Positions 9,323-18,672 of a DNA stretch of 64,000 nucleotides are shown here, one piece after another. Position numbers and translations under genes: made by a program. The stretch is from a virus. Its lineage: Duplodnaviria; Caudoviricetes. The stretch is from IMG/VR virus record IMGVR_UViG_3300031951_000008, one strand, 5' to 3'. The notes beneath the pieces are model-generated. The model searched no databases. It saw only the letters and a program-made list of their open reading frames with translations, and had not been told where the DNA came from. Numbering within the stretch: position 1 is the first letter of the stretch; every line of letters begins with the position of its first letter.

Positions 9323-10404
9323 GAATACCAGTGTACGAGCCTTGCTTAGACGAGGCCGAAACCGAAAATGTGCTGAAGTGCTTGAGAGAAGGTTGGATAT
9401 CCTCCAAGGGAGAGTTTATCGACAGATTCGAAGCTGACTTCGCTAACTATGTCGGATCAAGTCAAGCTATTAGTGTTTCAAATGGAACTGTAGCACTACA
9501 TTTGGCTTTATTGGCGTTAGGACTAGGTCCAGGGGACGAGGTTATAATACCAGGACTGACTTATGTAGCAACGGCTAATAGCGTCGCTTACGTCGGTGCC
9601 ACTCCAGTATTGTCTGATATTAATCCAGATGACTGGAATATAGACGTTGATCGCTTAGAGAGTCTAATAACATCTAAGACTAAAGCTATCATACCGGTGC
9701 ATCTATATGGCATGCCTTGTCATATGGAGCAAATAGTAGACATAGCCAGTAGGCATAATCTTTTTATCATAGAAGACTGTGCAGAAGCGTTAGGATCTAA
9801 GATAAACGGTAAACATGTTGGGACGTTTGGAGACATAGCGACTTTTAGCTTTTATGGCAATAAGACAATAACTACCGGTGAAGGAGGCATGGTAGTCACC
9901 AATGATCGTATGCTTGGCATGAAGACAAGAAAATTAAAGGGCCAAGGTCTATCAGATAAAGAGTATTATCACGATGTGGTAGGTTACAATTATAGAATGA
10001 CCAATATCTGTGCGGCAATAGGAGTCGCTCAACTTGGTAAATTAAATAGTATATTAACTCGTAAATCCGAGATTGCCGATAGGTATCGATGTGCTTTAAG
10101 CTTATTCGCCAGGTTCCAGCCAGACTTACTCGGTTATACGAATTCATACTGGATGGTAAGCTGTATCTTACCGGGCTGCAATATTGCTGCTATTAGAAAC
10201 CATCTGTCAGTAAACGGCATAGAAACTAGGCCATTCTTTTATCCAATAAATAAGCTGCCTATGTACAAGGCATGTTCAGAGATACCAACAAGTGAGAAGA
10301 TTAGCCCTATGGGGCTTAATCTGCCAAGCTCGCCCAACTTAACTGATCGAGACGTAGATTTTATAAGCAAGCTACTAGTCGATTTTATGAACAATAATAT
10401 ATAA
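9319..10404 (+). CDS. DegT/DnrJ/EryC1/StrS PLP aminotransferase (perosamine synthase-like)
   Basis: SNGTVALHLAL, PVHLYG, IEDCAEALG, FSFYGNKTITTGEGG, GYNYRMTNI. Confidence 0.92.
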   Translation: MRIPVYEPCLDEAETENVLKCLREGWISSKGEFIDRFEADFANYVGSSQAISVSNGTVALHLALLALGLGPGDEVIIPGLTYVATANSVAYVGATPVLSDINPDDWNIDVDRLESLITSKTKAIIPVHLYGMPCHMEQIVDIASRHNLFIIEDCAEALGSKINGKHVGTFGDIATFSFYGNKTITTGEGGMVVTNDRMLGMKTRKLKGQGLSDKEYYHDVVGYNYRMTNICAAIGVAQLGKLNSILTRKSEIADRYRCALSLFARFQPDLLGYTNSYWMVSCILPGCNIAAIRNHLSVNGIETRPFFYPINKLPMYKACSEIPTSEKISPMGLNLPSSPNLTDRDVDFISKLLVDFMNNNI

Positions 10405-10947
10405 CGGCACGTTTTTTGACACTAATTGGCCGATAATTGGCTCGCTTGAGATTAAGGAATTTTGGTTAAGTGGTAGATTTACAAAAGGAGCAATCAGGTA
10501 ATCACGCTTAGGCTGCGGCGGAGGAATACTTTCTGTATAGGCTGCGTAGCTCTGGTCGATCGTCCCTTCTGAAGTTGCTAAATCAGGATAAGAAAAAACT
10601 GCCGGTGTCAGTACATTATCATCTATCTTGATCATAGACTTGCCATTAACTATTTTAAGAACCGCTATATCTAAGTGGGGGTCCTCGGCAAGTGGGGTGA
10701 TCTTCAGTAGGAAATACTTATAACCGGGTTGGTACCGAAACAGATGGTGTTGATCTAGATCCCACACTTGGACATTGCAGAAATTTGGCATGCGAGGGCT
10801 AGCTTCGAATCTTTGTTTTAAAAATTGAAGGTATTTGTCTGTGTCCATCCAATCTATAGTACGGGGAGAGATCAACACATTACTAATACAAAAATTAGGT
10901 AAACCAGAGTATACGAATTGTAGATTTTGGATAAATATTGGTAACAT
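10375..10947 (-). CDS. Hypothetical protein
   Basis: 190-aa ORF, convergent 30-bp overlap with the aminotransferase. Confidence 0.55.
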   Translation of the reverse strand: MLPIFIQNLQFVYSGLPNFCISNVLISPRTIDWMDTDKYLQFLKQRFEASPRMPNFCNVQVWDLDQHHLFRYQPGYKYFLLKITPLAEDPHLDIAVLKIVNGKSMIKIDDNVLTPAVFSYPDLATSEGTIDQSYAAYTESIPPPQPKRDYLIAPFVNLPLNQNSLISSEPIIGQLVSKNVPLYIIVHKID

Positions 10948-11065
10948 AACTGCAGTGTTTATAAGACAATAAGTTCGTATATAAAATACGTCTGGCTTAT
11001 AAGCAAATCTTAAAATAGAATCTCACTGTCTGGAGGGCTTAATCATTCCAACTATAACACCTAGC

Positions 11066-12781
11066 ATGATCCCCACTAAGTCGCCGGGGACCCTTTTTGA
11101 GTCTTTAACGGGTAATGACCCAACGCTCAATATTCGTTGGCTTCAAGCTACTGATCCAGTATACTTCGAAGTATTTAATAGGCCATTATCTGACTTGACT
11201 GTTAGGCAGCTTGTAATTGCCAAGGCACTCGACAATGTGCAACTAAAGTTAGGGCATCAAGCTTTATTTCCATTTTTAGTGCAACCCTTAGTTTCCTCCG
11301 GCACGGATGTCGTTGATGTGCCGCTCGGATGGATTTGGGATATGCACGCTTCGATGCCTAAGAAGTGGGAAAGGCTTAGACTAGCCAAGATTAAAAGAAT
11401 CTCTGGTGTTAATGACGTTACAAGCGGTTACACCGGAAAATTGCGACTGATTTTTACAGCAAGCGTTGGAGCGTCAACAACGGAGGTAGCCGTATTCTAT
11501 GTTGACTACGAGATCGATAGCGATCTGACTTATCAATGTCTAAAGCTACAAGTAGTGCCAAGCACTGAAGAGCCAATAGTAATAAACCCAGGCGAGGAAG
11601 AGACTGTTTGTGGATTGATTATATTCAAGACCATGAGCCTTGCTGAATCCGGTGTAATCAGCTTCTTAGATTTGTTGGCACCCCCAGCTGGTGGGACAGA
11701 TGCTAATTCGGATGGATATTATGACAATCCGACTGTTTACGACATTGTAGACACTGTACCGGGCGGCTCGTCCGTAACTGACGATTTTTCCAGCAACTCT
11801 CTTAATCACGGCACTGGCTTACTGACCAATAGTGCTTGGAACGCCATACCGCAACTAGACAGCGACATACAAGCGTGGCTTGTATCATTGAATTATCCAT
11901 TTGCTAGCGGTGCTTCAAGAACATCAAGTGACAGTATCCAGATTCCGGCAGGGTTATTCAAAGAATTTAATATTACGGCTCCGGTAAGCGACCAACCGAC
12001 CGGAGACATTTCAGGTACATATTCTCCTGTCTGGATTAATCGAATCGAGCAGGTAAACATCAACTTACTCAGGTTTTACTTTTCGACCTATAATATCACG
12101 GCAGATAGTCCGAGCGTGGAAGGAATTGAATTTGCTACATTAGATCTGCTAAGAAGCTACGGTGAAAACCAGAGAGTCGCGATCGTGCCGATCGACAACT
12201 TGCTTCTGCAACCGACTAGTGACGATTCTTTCCAGCAACAGTTTGGGAAAGGCCATGTGGTCCTATCGAGCCTATGGGATGGTATTACGACTGAAGTTGA
12301 AGATTTTTTTGACGCTTTTTCATTCTTGGTCGACAACCCAATCGACACCATATTTCCACAGGCCAATACTCTACTCAGTTCATTCGGCATAAGTCGAGTA
12401 CCAAGGTACACGCCAACTGCAGGCCAAGCCGAAGCTCTAGTAGGAAGCACAGCTAGACGAACCACACCCATCCATCCAAGTGATACCAACAGATACGTCT
12501 GTGAGCAGGATCAGGGCATCGGGAGCCAGGTCGATCTTGACAATCAGCCCGGTATTGTTACTAACTCAGCGATTGATAGATACGGTTATCGTGGTGGCTT
12601 AAACCACAGAATCGTAAAGCTCGTCATAGACGCTACGCAGCTTGGAAGCGACCCTAGCTTCTATGATAATCAAGTATTACCAAGACTACGATACCTATTT
12701 GGTAGGGACCCACAATTCGGAGATTTTTGGCATAACGGGACCAGACTAATGTTTTATAACGGCGATACCTGGCAAGGCTAG
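11066..12781 (+). CDS. Putative virion structural protein
   Basis: 571 aa, acidic Ser/Thr/Gly/Asp-rich composition like the other structural genes; no enzyme motif seen. Confidence 0.55.
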   Translation: MIPTKSPGTLFESLTGNDPTLNIRWLQATDPVYFEVFNRPLSDLTVRQLVIAKALDNVQLKLGHQALFPFLVQPLVSSGTDVVDVPLGWIWDMHASMPKKWERLRLAKIKRISGVNDVTSGYTGKLRLIFTASVGASTTEVAVFYVDYEIDSDLTYQCLKLQVVPSTEEPIVINPGEEETVCGLIIFKTMSLAESGVISFLDLLAPPAGGTDANSDGYYDNPTVYDIVDTVPGGSSVTDDFSSNSLNHGTGLLTNSAWNAIPQLDSDIQAWLVSLNYPFASGASRTSSDSIQIPAGLFKEFNITAPVSDQPTGDISGTYSPVWINRIEQVNINLLRFYFSTYNITADSPSVEGIEFATLDLLRSYGENQRVAIVPIDNLLLQPTSDDSFQQQFGKGHVVLSSLWDGITTEVEDFFDAFSFLVDNPIDTIFPQANTLLSSFGISRVPRYTPTAGQAEALVGSTARRTTPIHPSDTNRYVCEQDQGIGSQVDLDNQPGIVTNSAIDRYGYRGGLNHRIVKLVIDATQLGSDPSFYDNQVLPRLRYLFGRDPQFGDFWHNGTRLMFYNGDTWQG

Positions 12782-13189
12782 TCTATCGGCATATTGCCAA
12801 GTTTGTCCGTGTAAAAACCTATCTATAAAATCCTTTCCCACTTGGATATTGGCCAGTATAGTATTGTTAAATAATACTAATAAGTCAGGCGAATTAACTG
12901 AGAAGTATGTTTCTGGGTGTGTCTTAATACATGAATCATGATCAGATCTGATACATAAGCTTCTAGGATGTTCATACCATCTATCAAAACACTGTTCATT
13001 ATCTTTAACTATAGCAACTAATCGTAAAACGTCCTTATGATGGCAAGATCTTTGAATAATTTGAAAGCCATGATATTCCGTTATTATAATCAAATCACCA
13101 TCGGCAGTATAGTCTAAACGATCCACCTCTTGCAGGTATGGTGTTAGATATAATTCTAAAGCTCTTAGTAGTATAGATTGGTCCATCAA
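12746..13189 (-). CDS. SLHDP-family paralog (divergent)
   Basis: ILLRALELYL N-terminal helix; FSVNSPDLLVLFNNTI motif. Confidence 0.55.
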   Translation of the reverse strand: MMDQSILLRALELYLTPYLQEVDRLDYTADGDLIIITEYHGFQIIQRSCHHKDVLRLVAIVKDNEQCFDRWYEHPRSLCIRSDHDSCIKTHPETYFSVNSPDLLVLFNNTILANIQVGKDFIDRFLHGQTWQYADRLALPGIAVIKH

Positions 13190-13785
13190 TCCGCAGTGAG
13201 GTAAGGCAACAACTCTGTGATTGCTGCCGCTGGTTTATAGAATACGCTAAATGGCTTAATTAATAACTCTAAAGCTATTAATACTTGCTCAATAAAGTCT
13301 GGTTTGCTAGCGTCTATAAAGTAATGATGTGTCATTTTACCATTTGACTCAAAATCAAGGGGGATATTCAAATTAACTGGCACTATTGGAAGTGTTACAA
13401 CAATATCCTTCTTCAATTTAATGTCATACTTAATTATCTGCTTTGTATCCACCGTATAGCTTTTTGTGAATCTGAGCATTGCTCCATAGCTTACGAAATA
13501 GCCTACTGTGCAAATAAGTTGTTGCTGATTCCTAACAATTACCTCGATACTAGATAATCGCATTGTAGTGTGAGGGGTGAGACGGGAGGTTGTTGTATTT
13601 CGACCTGCTCCGATATAATAACCTGGCTCTATGGTGTCATAAAATCCTTTTACGATTTGTTTAAAGCCACATATTTCTCGTAATTGGTAGGTTGACTTTA
13701 ATGTGGCTCTAATCACTTCATCGATGCGGTAAGATGGGGACAACATTGTCTCCCCAGAAATAGTGCTAGGATTAGTTGAACTCAT
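13186..13785 (-). CDS. SLHDP-family paralog
   Basis: IDEVIRATL helix; FIDASKPDFIEQVLIAL motif. Confidence 0.65.
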   Translation of the reverse strand: MSSTNPSTISGETMLSPSYRIDEVIRATLKSTYQLREICGFKQIVKGFYDTIEPGYYIGAGRNTTTSRLTPHTTMRLSSIEVIVRNQQQLICTVGYFVSYGAMLRFTKSYTVDTKQIIKYDIKLKKDIVVTLPIVPVNLNIPLDFESNGKMTHHYFIDASKPDFIEQVLIALELLIKPFSVFYKPAAAITELLPYLTAD

Positions 13786-14249
13786 CGACTATGCCTCTTA
13801 GAGATTTCCGAATTTAACTTGTCGCAGAATTTGAGGTCGTGGATATGGAATGAATTAACCCGTTCGATACGGCCATGAAGATTAACTTGACAAGTGAACT
13901 CGGTTAGGTGTATGTCGATTTTAGTATCAAAGACATATACATATTCTTGCTGTATTAAGGGAAATCTATTATTAGGAAACGCTAAAACACATATGTTATA
14001 GTTTCTAATCTCTGTGAGTAAACAATTTTGTGGCGATAGAGGTTGTTTATTTATAAATAAATAATAATATTCTTCTGCAAATGTGTCTCTTGAGAGATTA
14101 CCCCATAGAGGACGATCATTGTTGCCATTATCATCGAGAACATACCATTGGCATAGGTCATTGTTCCAGTTTATCAAGTTAGTGTAAAGTCCAGGTATGG
14201 TCTCACCGGATTTTAAAAGATTATTGATCGCTAGAAGAAGTGACAACAT
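13782..14249 (-). CDS. SLHDP-family paralog
   Basis: MLSLLLAINNLL; FHIHDLKFCDKLNSEI. Confidence 0.65.
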   Translation of the reverse strand: MLSLLLAINNLLKSGETIPGLYTNLINWNNDLCQWYVLDDNGNNDRPLWGNLSRDTFAEEYYYLFINKQPLSPQNCLLTEIRNYNICVLAFPNNRFPLIQQEYVYVFDTKIDIHLTEFTCQVNLHGRIERVNSFHIHDLKFCDKLNSEISKRHSR

Positions 14250-14281
14250 ATCTGATATAAAATTAGTATGAACTGCAACTC

Positions 14282-14860
14282 TTAATGATCTAGCAACGTA
14301 TTAAAGCCTGAGTCTCGTATTGATTTCACGATATTGTCTATACTGTATATAACTTCTGCGGTATATGTGGGTATGGTAGCGCGAAGGCGACTCCACTCCG
14401 GCCACAGATAGTAGCGATGATCGCTAAACAGATTTTCAATAATTGACAATACTCGATCTGCCCAATTGAATGTTGATGCATAATTATTTTGGTCATAATA
14501 ATGTATATGCATAGGCATCGCAAAACAGCTAGTATCGTGAGCATTCTTACGGGAACAAAATAAGTTGCAAGAAATATGAAGGGTCGGAGGCTTTGACAAG
14601 TTAAAAGATATATTAATAGCACGCCGATGACTAGAGTCGATATAGCATAATGCCAGTGTTTCAGGGGCAATACCTTTGGATTGTGGGGTAACGATTAGCA
14701 TATCATATTCACTCCAGCTACTAAATTTGCTGGACCAGGCATAGTTAGGATCAATAAGCCCTACGGAAGTTTTAAGATCTATATCGGTTGCCTGGCGAAT
14801 ATGCTTATCCAGATAGGACGCTATTGGTTTTATGATTTCGTTATAGACGTATAATTCCAT
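14282..14860 (-). CDS. Hypothetical protein (possibly a distant SLHDP-family member)
   Basis: 192 aa; IIKPIASYLDKHI N-terminal helix, C-terminal motif not clear. Confidence 0.6.
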   Translation of the reverse strand: MELYVYNEIIKPIASYLDKHIRQATDIDLKTSVGLIDPNYAWSSKFSSWSEYDMLIVTPQSKGIAPETLALCYIDSSHRRAINISFNLSKPPTLHISCNLFCSRKNAHDTSCFAMPMHIHYYDQNNYASTFNWADRVLSIIENLFSDHRYYLWPEWSRLRATIPTYTAEVIYSIDNIVKSIRDSGFNTLLDH

Positions 14861-15150
14861 TATTGTCCTGCTCGGACTACAGACAGGTAGTTACAGTTCT
14901 TAGGGACCTTGAGAAAGGTGAAGATAGATTCTATATTATGGTTCCTGCTCAACAATGCTATAGCACCGATGTCTCGTAAGCTTTTAATAATAACATCGTT
15001 TTTACCACTGATCTCTGTTAGCAGGCCAATACTAGCATCTTGGCATCGATCAAGTTCTTCAAGAAGTAAATCTAAAATTCTTTCGAATATCTCGGCAGAC
15101 ACTAAGACATTAATTCCAACCAGGTAGTTGCCACCTATCTCTAGTTTCAT
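14860..15150 (-). CDS. Hypothetical protein, weak resemblance to a partial GNAT fold
   Basis: Likely start MKLEIGG at 15150; IGLLTEISGKNDVIIKSLRDIGAIA loosely recalls the RimI motif. Confidence 0.45.
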   Translation of the reverse strand: MKLEIGGNYLVGINVLVSAEIFERILDLLLEELDRCQDASIGLLTEISGKNDVIIKSLRDIGAIALLSRNHNIESIFTFLKVPKNCNYLSVVRAGQ

Positions 15151-15179
15151 CGGTTTACTGGCTTTTATGAATCGCAAAA

Positions 15180-15410
15180 TTATGCTCGACTTGCAATGCT
15201 TATAGTGGTACCAGTAGCAGGAACACCCCAATCATCTACATCTCGTTTGTGACTTTTAGACACTTTATATGTCCTAACCTGGTACATTGTTACAATGGTT
15301 CCGCAACATTCCGTGGTTACATGTACAGTACTGTCGTATGCGTCTACATTACCATAAGCATAGCTTGGTACAACGAGTTCTTTATGACAGTTTGGACAGA
15401 CTAAAGACAT
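15180..15410 (-). CDS. Small zinc-ribbon protein
   Basis: CPNC...ECCG. Confidence 0.6.
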   Translation of the reverse strand: MSLVCPNCHKELVVPSYAYGNVDAYDSTVHVTTECCGTIVTMYQVRTYKVSKSHKRDVDDWGVPATGTTISIASRA

Positions 15411-15420
15411 TTGTGGCCCC

Positions 15421-15897
15421 TTAGATTATCTTGCCAGTTTCATTAGAGAACAACCATTTACCATCTACAAAGTTACCACCGTTGCGTACTTTGAGCACGG
15501 TAACATCAGAAGGTATATTAAGAATACATTCGTCTTGATCGTCGAAGTATATCTTCACTCCCTCCTCTTTTATTACTCTGGCTTTATCGCTAAGGCTGTT
15601 AACGAGCACGATTTGGTCGAAATAGATGCCGTGTTTTGTGACATCATTGATCGCTTTTTGCTTATCCTTACGGTATGTGATGATAACAACACGGCCAGGA
15701 TATGATTGGCTTAGGTGTGAGAAAAACTGCGGGTTCTCGTCGATGGTACCATCTATATCTAAGCCAAGTGTTGGTAGACAATCGCAAATATATTTAGTGA
15801 ATAATCTTGCTTGGGCTGATCTGCCCTTGAAGTCCTGCTTATTGATAGCAGATTTGATTCCGTTATAAAGTAAATTTAATTGTTCAAGTGCACTCAT
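15421..15897 (-). CDS. HAD-superfamily hydrolase-like protein
   Basis: LGLDIDGTI (motif I), VIITYR (motif II), YFDDQ (motif IV). Confidence 0.75.
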   Translation of the reverse strand: MSALEQLNLLYNGIKSAINKQDFKGRSAQARLFTKYICDCLPTLGLDIDGTIDENPQFFSHLSQSYPGRVVIITYRKDKQKAINDVTKHGIYFDQIVLVNSLSDKARVIKEEGVKIYFDDQDECILNIPSDVTVLKVRNGGNFVDGKWLFSNETGKII

Positions 15898-16636
15898 GAA
15901 TGTAACTGATTCCTTGGTAGACTTTTTGACGCTTCAAAATAGATTGTCGGGTATCGGTGTGCCGCCTGAAAAGGCTGAGCTTATTCTTAATAAATCTCTT
16001 GAAAGACTTAATTTAGAATTGGTCCAGGTCTTAGGTCAAGGCGATAACGGCATTGCTTTTATGGCAAGCAATGGCGATGTCGTGAAGTTCACCATCGACA
16101 AAGGTGAGGCAATCTTGTGGAAGAGATTGTTAGATCAGAAGTTAAGAGGTATCGCCGGAATAAAGGCTGTTTATAACCTATCAAGTAGTGTTCTTGGTAA
16201 TACACCACTATATTTAGTCCAAGTAGACTTTGTACCTTACCCTCTAACTCCAGAACAGGAACAGATGATCAGAAAGGGCCTAGAGCTAGTAAGACTGAGA
16301 CTGAGAGAGGAATATAAAGCTATTACTGGCGATGACCGTAATAGAAAAATGTGGGAATTAAGATCTATGAGATTCGCTAACATGTTCGATGAAATGGCTC
16401 AACAAGATCCAGCGTTTAGCGACATATTCGACCTACTATTAGACCTAGCTGACAAGCATAAAGGGTTTGTCCATGATCTGCATCCCGGCAATTTTAGAGT
16501 CAATGAGGGAGGCAAGATAACGCTTATAGATCCTAGTATACCGGACCTTCTCGGCGATATAGAGAACCCTTATAGCTTAGCGTTTGAATCACGCTTAGAT
16601 TTTGCACTTAAAACAAATAAGTTATTTTACGAATAG
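15896..16636 (+). CDS. Protein-kinase-like fold protein
   Basis: LGQGDNG glycine loop, VVKF lysine, HDLHPGNF catalytic loop, LIDP; the start is uncertain. Confidence 0.75.
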   Translation: MNVTDSLVDFLTLQNRLSGIGVPPEKAELILNKSLERLNLELVQVLGQGDNGIAFMASNGDVVKFTIDKGEAILWKRLLDQKLRGIAGIKAVYNLSSSVLGNTPLYLVQVDFVPYPLTPEQEQMIRKGLELVRLRLREEYKAITGDDRNRKMWELRSMRFANMFDEMAQQDPAFSDIFDLLLDLADKHKGFVHDLHPGNFRVNEGGKITLIDPSIPDLLGDIENPYSLAFESRLDFALKTNKLFYE

Positions 16637-16647
16637 TCAATATAAGC

Positions 16648-16675
16648 AAAGAGCCTGGGTAAACCAGGCTCTTTT
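16648..16675. terminator. Bidirectional intrinsic terminator
   Basis: AAAGAGCCTGG-GTAAA-CCAGGCTCTTT(T) between convergent genes. Confidence 0.85.
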
Positions 16676-16697
16676 AATAGTCAGTGTAGCGATTCTA

Positions 16698-17018
16698 CTA
16701 CTTATCTGTTGGCGTACCAGCCGAGACAGCCAAAGAAACGGCCTCCGAAGCCTTCACCTCAACATCGAGAACACCCGATAAGGTTTTGACACCAGTGCCT
16801 AAGTCAGCGTCAGCCGTGACACTAACGCGTGCACTTCCGAGCTTGCCGGTCGTCACCGCGACTGCACTCAGACCATCAGTAGCCACGTCAAGAGTGACGA
16901 CAGTAGGATCTGAAGTCTCCCAAACCGGTGCACCGTCGACTGGTGCTGGGTTGCCAGCCGCAGAGGTAGGACTAATAGAAAGTTGAACTTTTTGGATGTC
17001 CGTTAAGACCAAAGCCAT
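16698..17018 (-). CDS. Ig-like (Big_2-like) domain protein
   Basis: WETSDPTVVTL..SAVAVTTGKLGSARVSVTA; AAGGAG SD upstream. Confidence 0.6.
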   Translation of the reverse strand: MALVLTDIQKVQLSISPTSAAGNPAPVDGAPVWETSDPTVVTLDVATDGLSAVAVTTGKLGSARVSVTADADLGTGVKTLSGVLDVEVKASEAVSLAVSAGTPTDK

Positions 17019-17034
17019 AATATTGCTCCTTAAG

Positions 17035-17307
17035 CTATTTGTTAGAAACTGGACCGATCTTCAAATTTATATTTACCTCAGGAGACATGTCTCTTTGCGA
17101 TACCGGGCCAATGTTAATGACTAGCGGCACTGGTTCAACAGGCTCGTACCGCAATAAAGCATAATATCTAGTGACAAACCATGGTTCTTTATAGTACCAC
17201 TGGTGTACTAACCTAAATCCTTGCTTGTGTAGGTAAATATTGACCTTATCTATAAAATCTCTGGGGTTTGTAGAGTTCACTAATACTGATTGCGTGCTCT
17301 TCTTCAT
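17035..17307 (-). CDS. Hypothetical protein
   Basis: 90-aa ORF co-oriented with the Ig-like gene. Confidence 0.55.
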   Translation of the reverse strand: MKKSTQSVLVNSTNPRDFIDKVNIYLHKQGFRLVHQWYYKEPWFVTRYYALLRYEPVEPVPLVINIGPVSQRDMSPEVNINLKIGPVSNK

Positions 17308-17325
17308 AAAATATATTTTTATGAA
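17303..17325. promoter_or_regulatory. Palindrome joining two divergent start codons
   Basis: TTCATAAAA-TATAT-TTTTATGAA; CAT at 17305-07 and ATG at 17321-23. Confidence 0.45.
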
Positions 17326-18001
17326 TCAAGTAGTCGTTATAATCAGAAGAAGCTTCGACTTCTACTATAATAATACGGTAAAGTTTGTGGACGGGGCGGC
17401 TGTTAATCAGTCTCATATAGAAGGAATAGAAAGATCCCAAGGGTGGTGGCACGAGATATTCGGTTGTAGTTGGCAGGCCACGAGGCAAAGGATTGCGGAC
17501 ATAGTAATGCGGCATACCTTATCTTGTCGACCAGATGCGGTTGTACTACATAGCGAAACAAATGTTTACATCAAGGATTCTTGGATTATACCTCTCGATG
17601 ACGATGATCTTTTAGATATAAGAATCATACATAAGCTAAGAAATATGCAATTAAGCGAATCGGCATACTGGCCCACTAACAAACTATTACTTAGCACTGA
17701 GCATGAAGCTGGACTAGAAGAATTTCCGGCCAATTCTTATGCCATAAGCAGTGACTATTTTAACAGCCACAAAGATAAAGCTGCATTTTATAGACATATG
17801 CACGCGAGTAAAAATTTGAATCTTAAAGCTATTTGCATGCAGCCATGTGGACTTAAAATTAATCACCCTGCCAGCATAGGCATATTAAAGTTATATCATT
17901 CAAAGGATGATTGTATAGCCGCTGTTAATAAGTTCAGAGCAGCACAACCTACTAGATATAAGAGAACAGTGAACCAAATACAAGAGTGCTTTAAGTTTTA
18001 G
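17321..18001 (+). CDS. Putative GT-A fold glycosyltransferase-like protein
   Basis: WIIPLDDDDLL acidic motif; start moved to ATG 17321. Confidence 0.45.
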   Translation: MNQVVVIIRRSFDFYYNNTVKFVDGAAVNQSHIEGIERSQGWWHEIFGCSWQATRQRIADIVMRHTLSCRPDAVVLHSETNVYIKDSWIIPLDDDDLLDIRIIHKLRNMQLSESAYWPTNKLLLSTEHEAGLEEFPANSYAISSDYFNSHKDKAAFYRHMHASKNLNLKAICMQPCGLKINHPASIGILKLYHSKDDCIAAVNKFRAAQPTRYKRTVNQIQECFKF

Positions 18002-18657
18002 CACTGATATTTGATTGTACATATTGCACGTTCTATACATAGCATCTTTTTGTATACGCCAGGTCTATGTCGTTGTCGGCTAGCATCTCTACCATTCTTT
18101 AGCCATAACATAAACGTTTCAGCAAAGTCTTCACTAGCATTGGTAGTCGCATATTCGCTAGCATAATTGGCTAGTAAATGCTTATAGTACCATGTTTTCC
18201 TCTCGTTAGCAGTGCGGCATAATAGCTTGCCAGCTTTGTAATCTCTATCTTGTTGGAGTGTTTTCCTCCAAGCAGTGTAACCTACTGCCGCTTTATTTGA
18301 TACAGATGCTGCAAATGTTCGTATAAAATCATCCTTAAACTCGCCGCAAAAGAATCCATAAAAGCTATGCTCTATAACGTGGGCAAATTCGTGCCTGAAT
18401 ATGTCTCTGAGACAAAAGCGAAAAGCTTTGCTTTTGTGTAGCCTTCTCGAAGGTAGCATTATTGCTGGATCATTACCTTCTACGAATATCGCCCAGGCCA
18501 TCACATTCTTATCGTCATTTGAACCATAAAAATACGAAGTTCTATCGAAAACATTTGATGCCTTCAGTAAGCCCAGTTCTCTTAGTTCATATCTTACGTG
18601 CGAGAATGCACGGTGTACAGATCGGTGATATCTGGCTTGGTCAGAGCTTTTAAGCAT
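17998..18657 (-). CDS. Putative zinc metallopeptidase
   Basis: HEFAH (HExxH) plus YASEYATTNASEDFAETF. Confidence 0.75.
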   Translation of the reverse strand: MLKSSDQARYHRSVHRAFSHVRYELRELGLLKASNVFDRTSYFYGSNDDKNVMAWAIFVEGNDPAIMLPSRRLHKSKAFRFCLRDIFRHEFAHVIEHSFYGFFCGEFKDDFIRTFAASVSNKAAVGYTAWRKTLQQDRDYKAGKLLCRTANERKTWYYKHLLANYASEYATTNASEDFAETFMLWLKNGRDASRQRHRPGVYKKMLCIERAICTIKYQC

Positions 18658-18672
18658 AGGTCACCCATTTCC

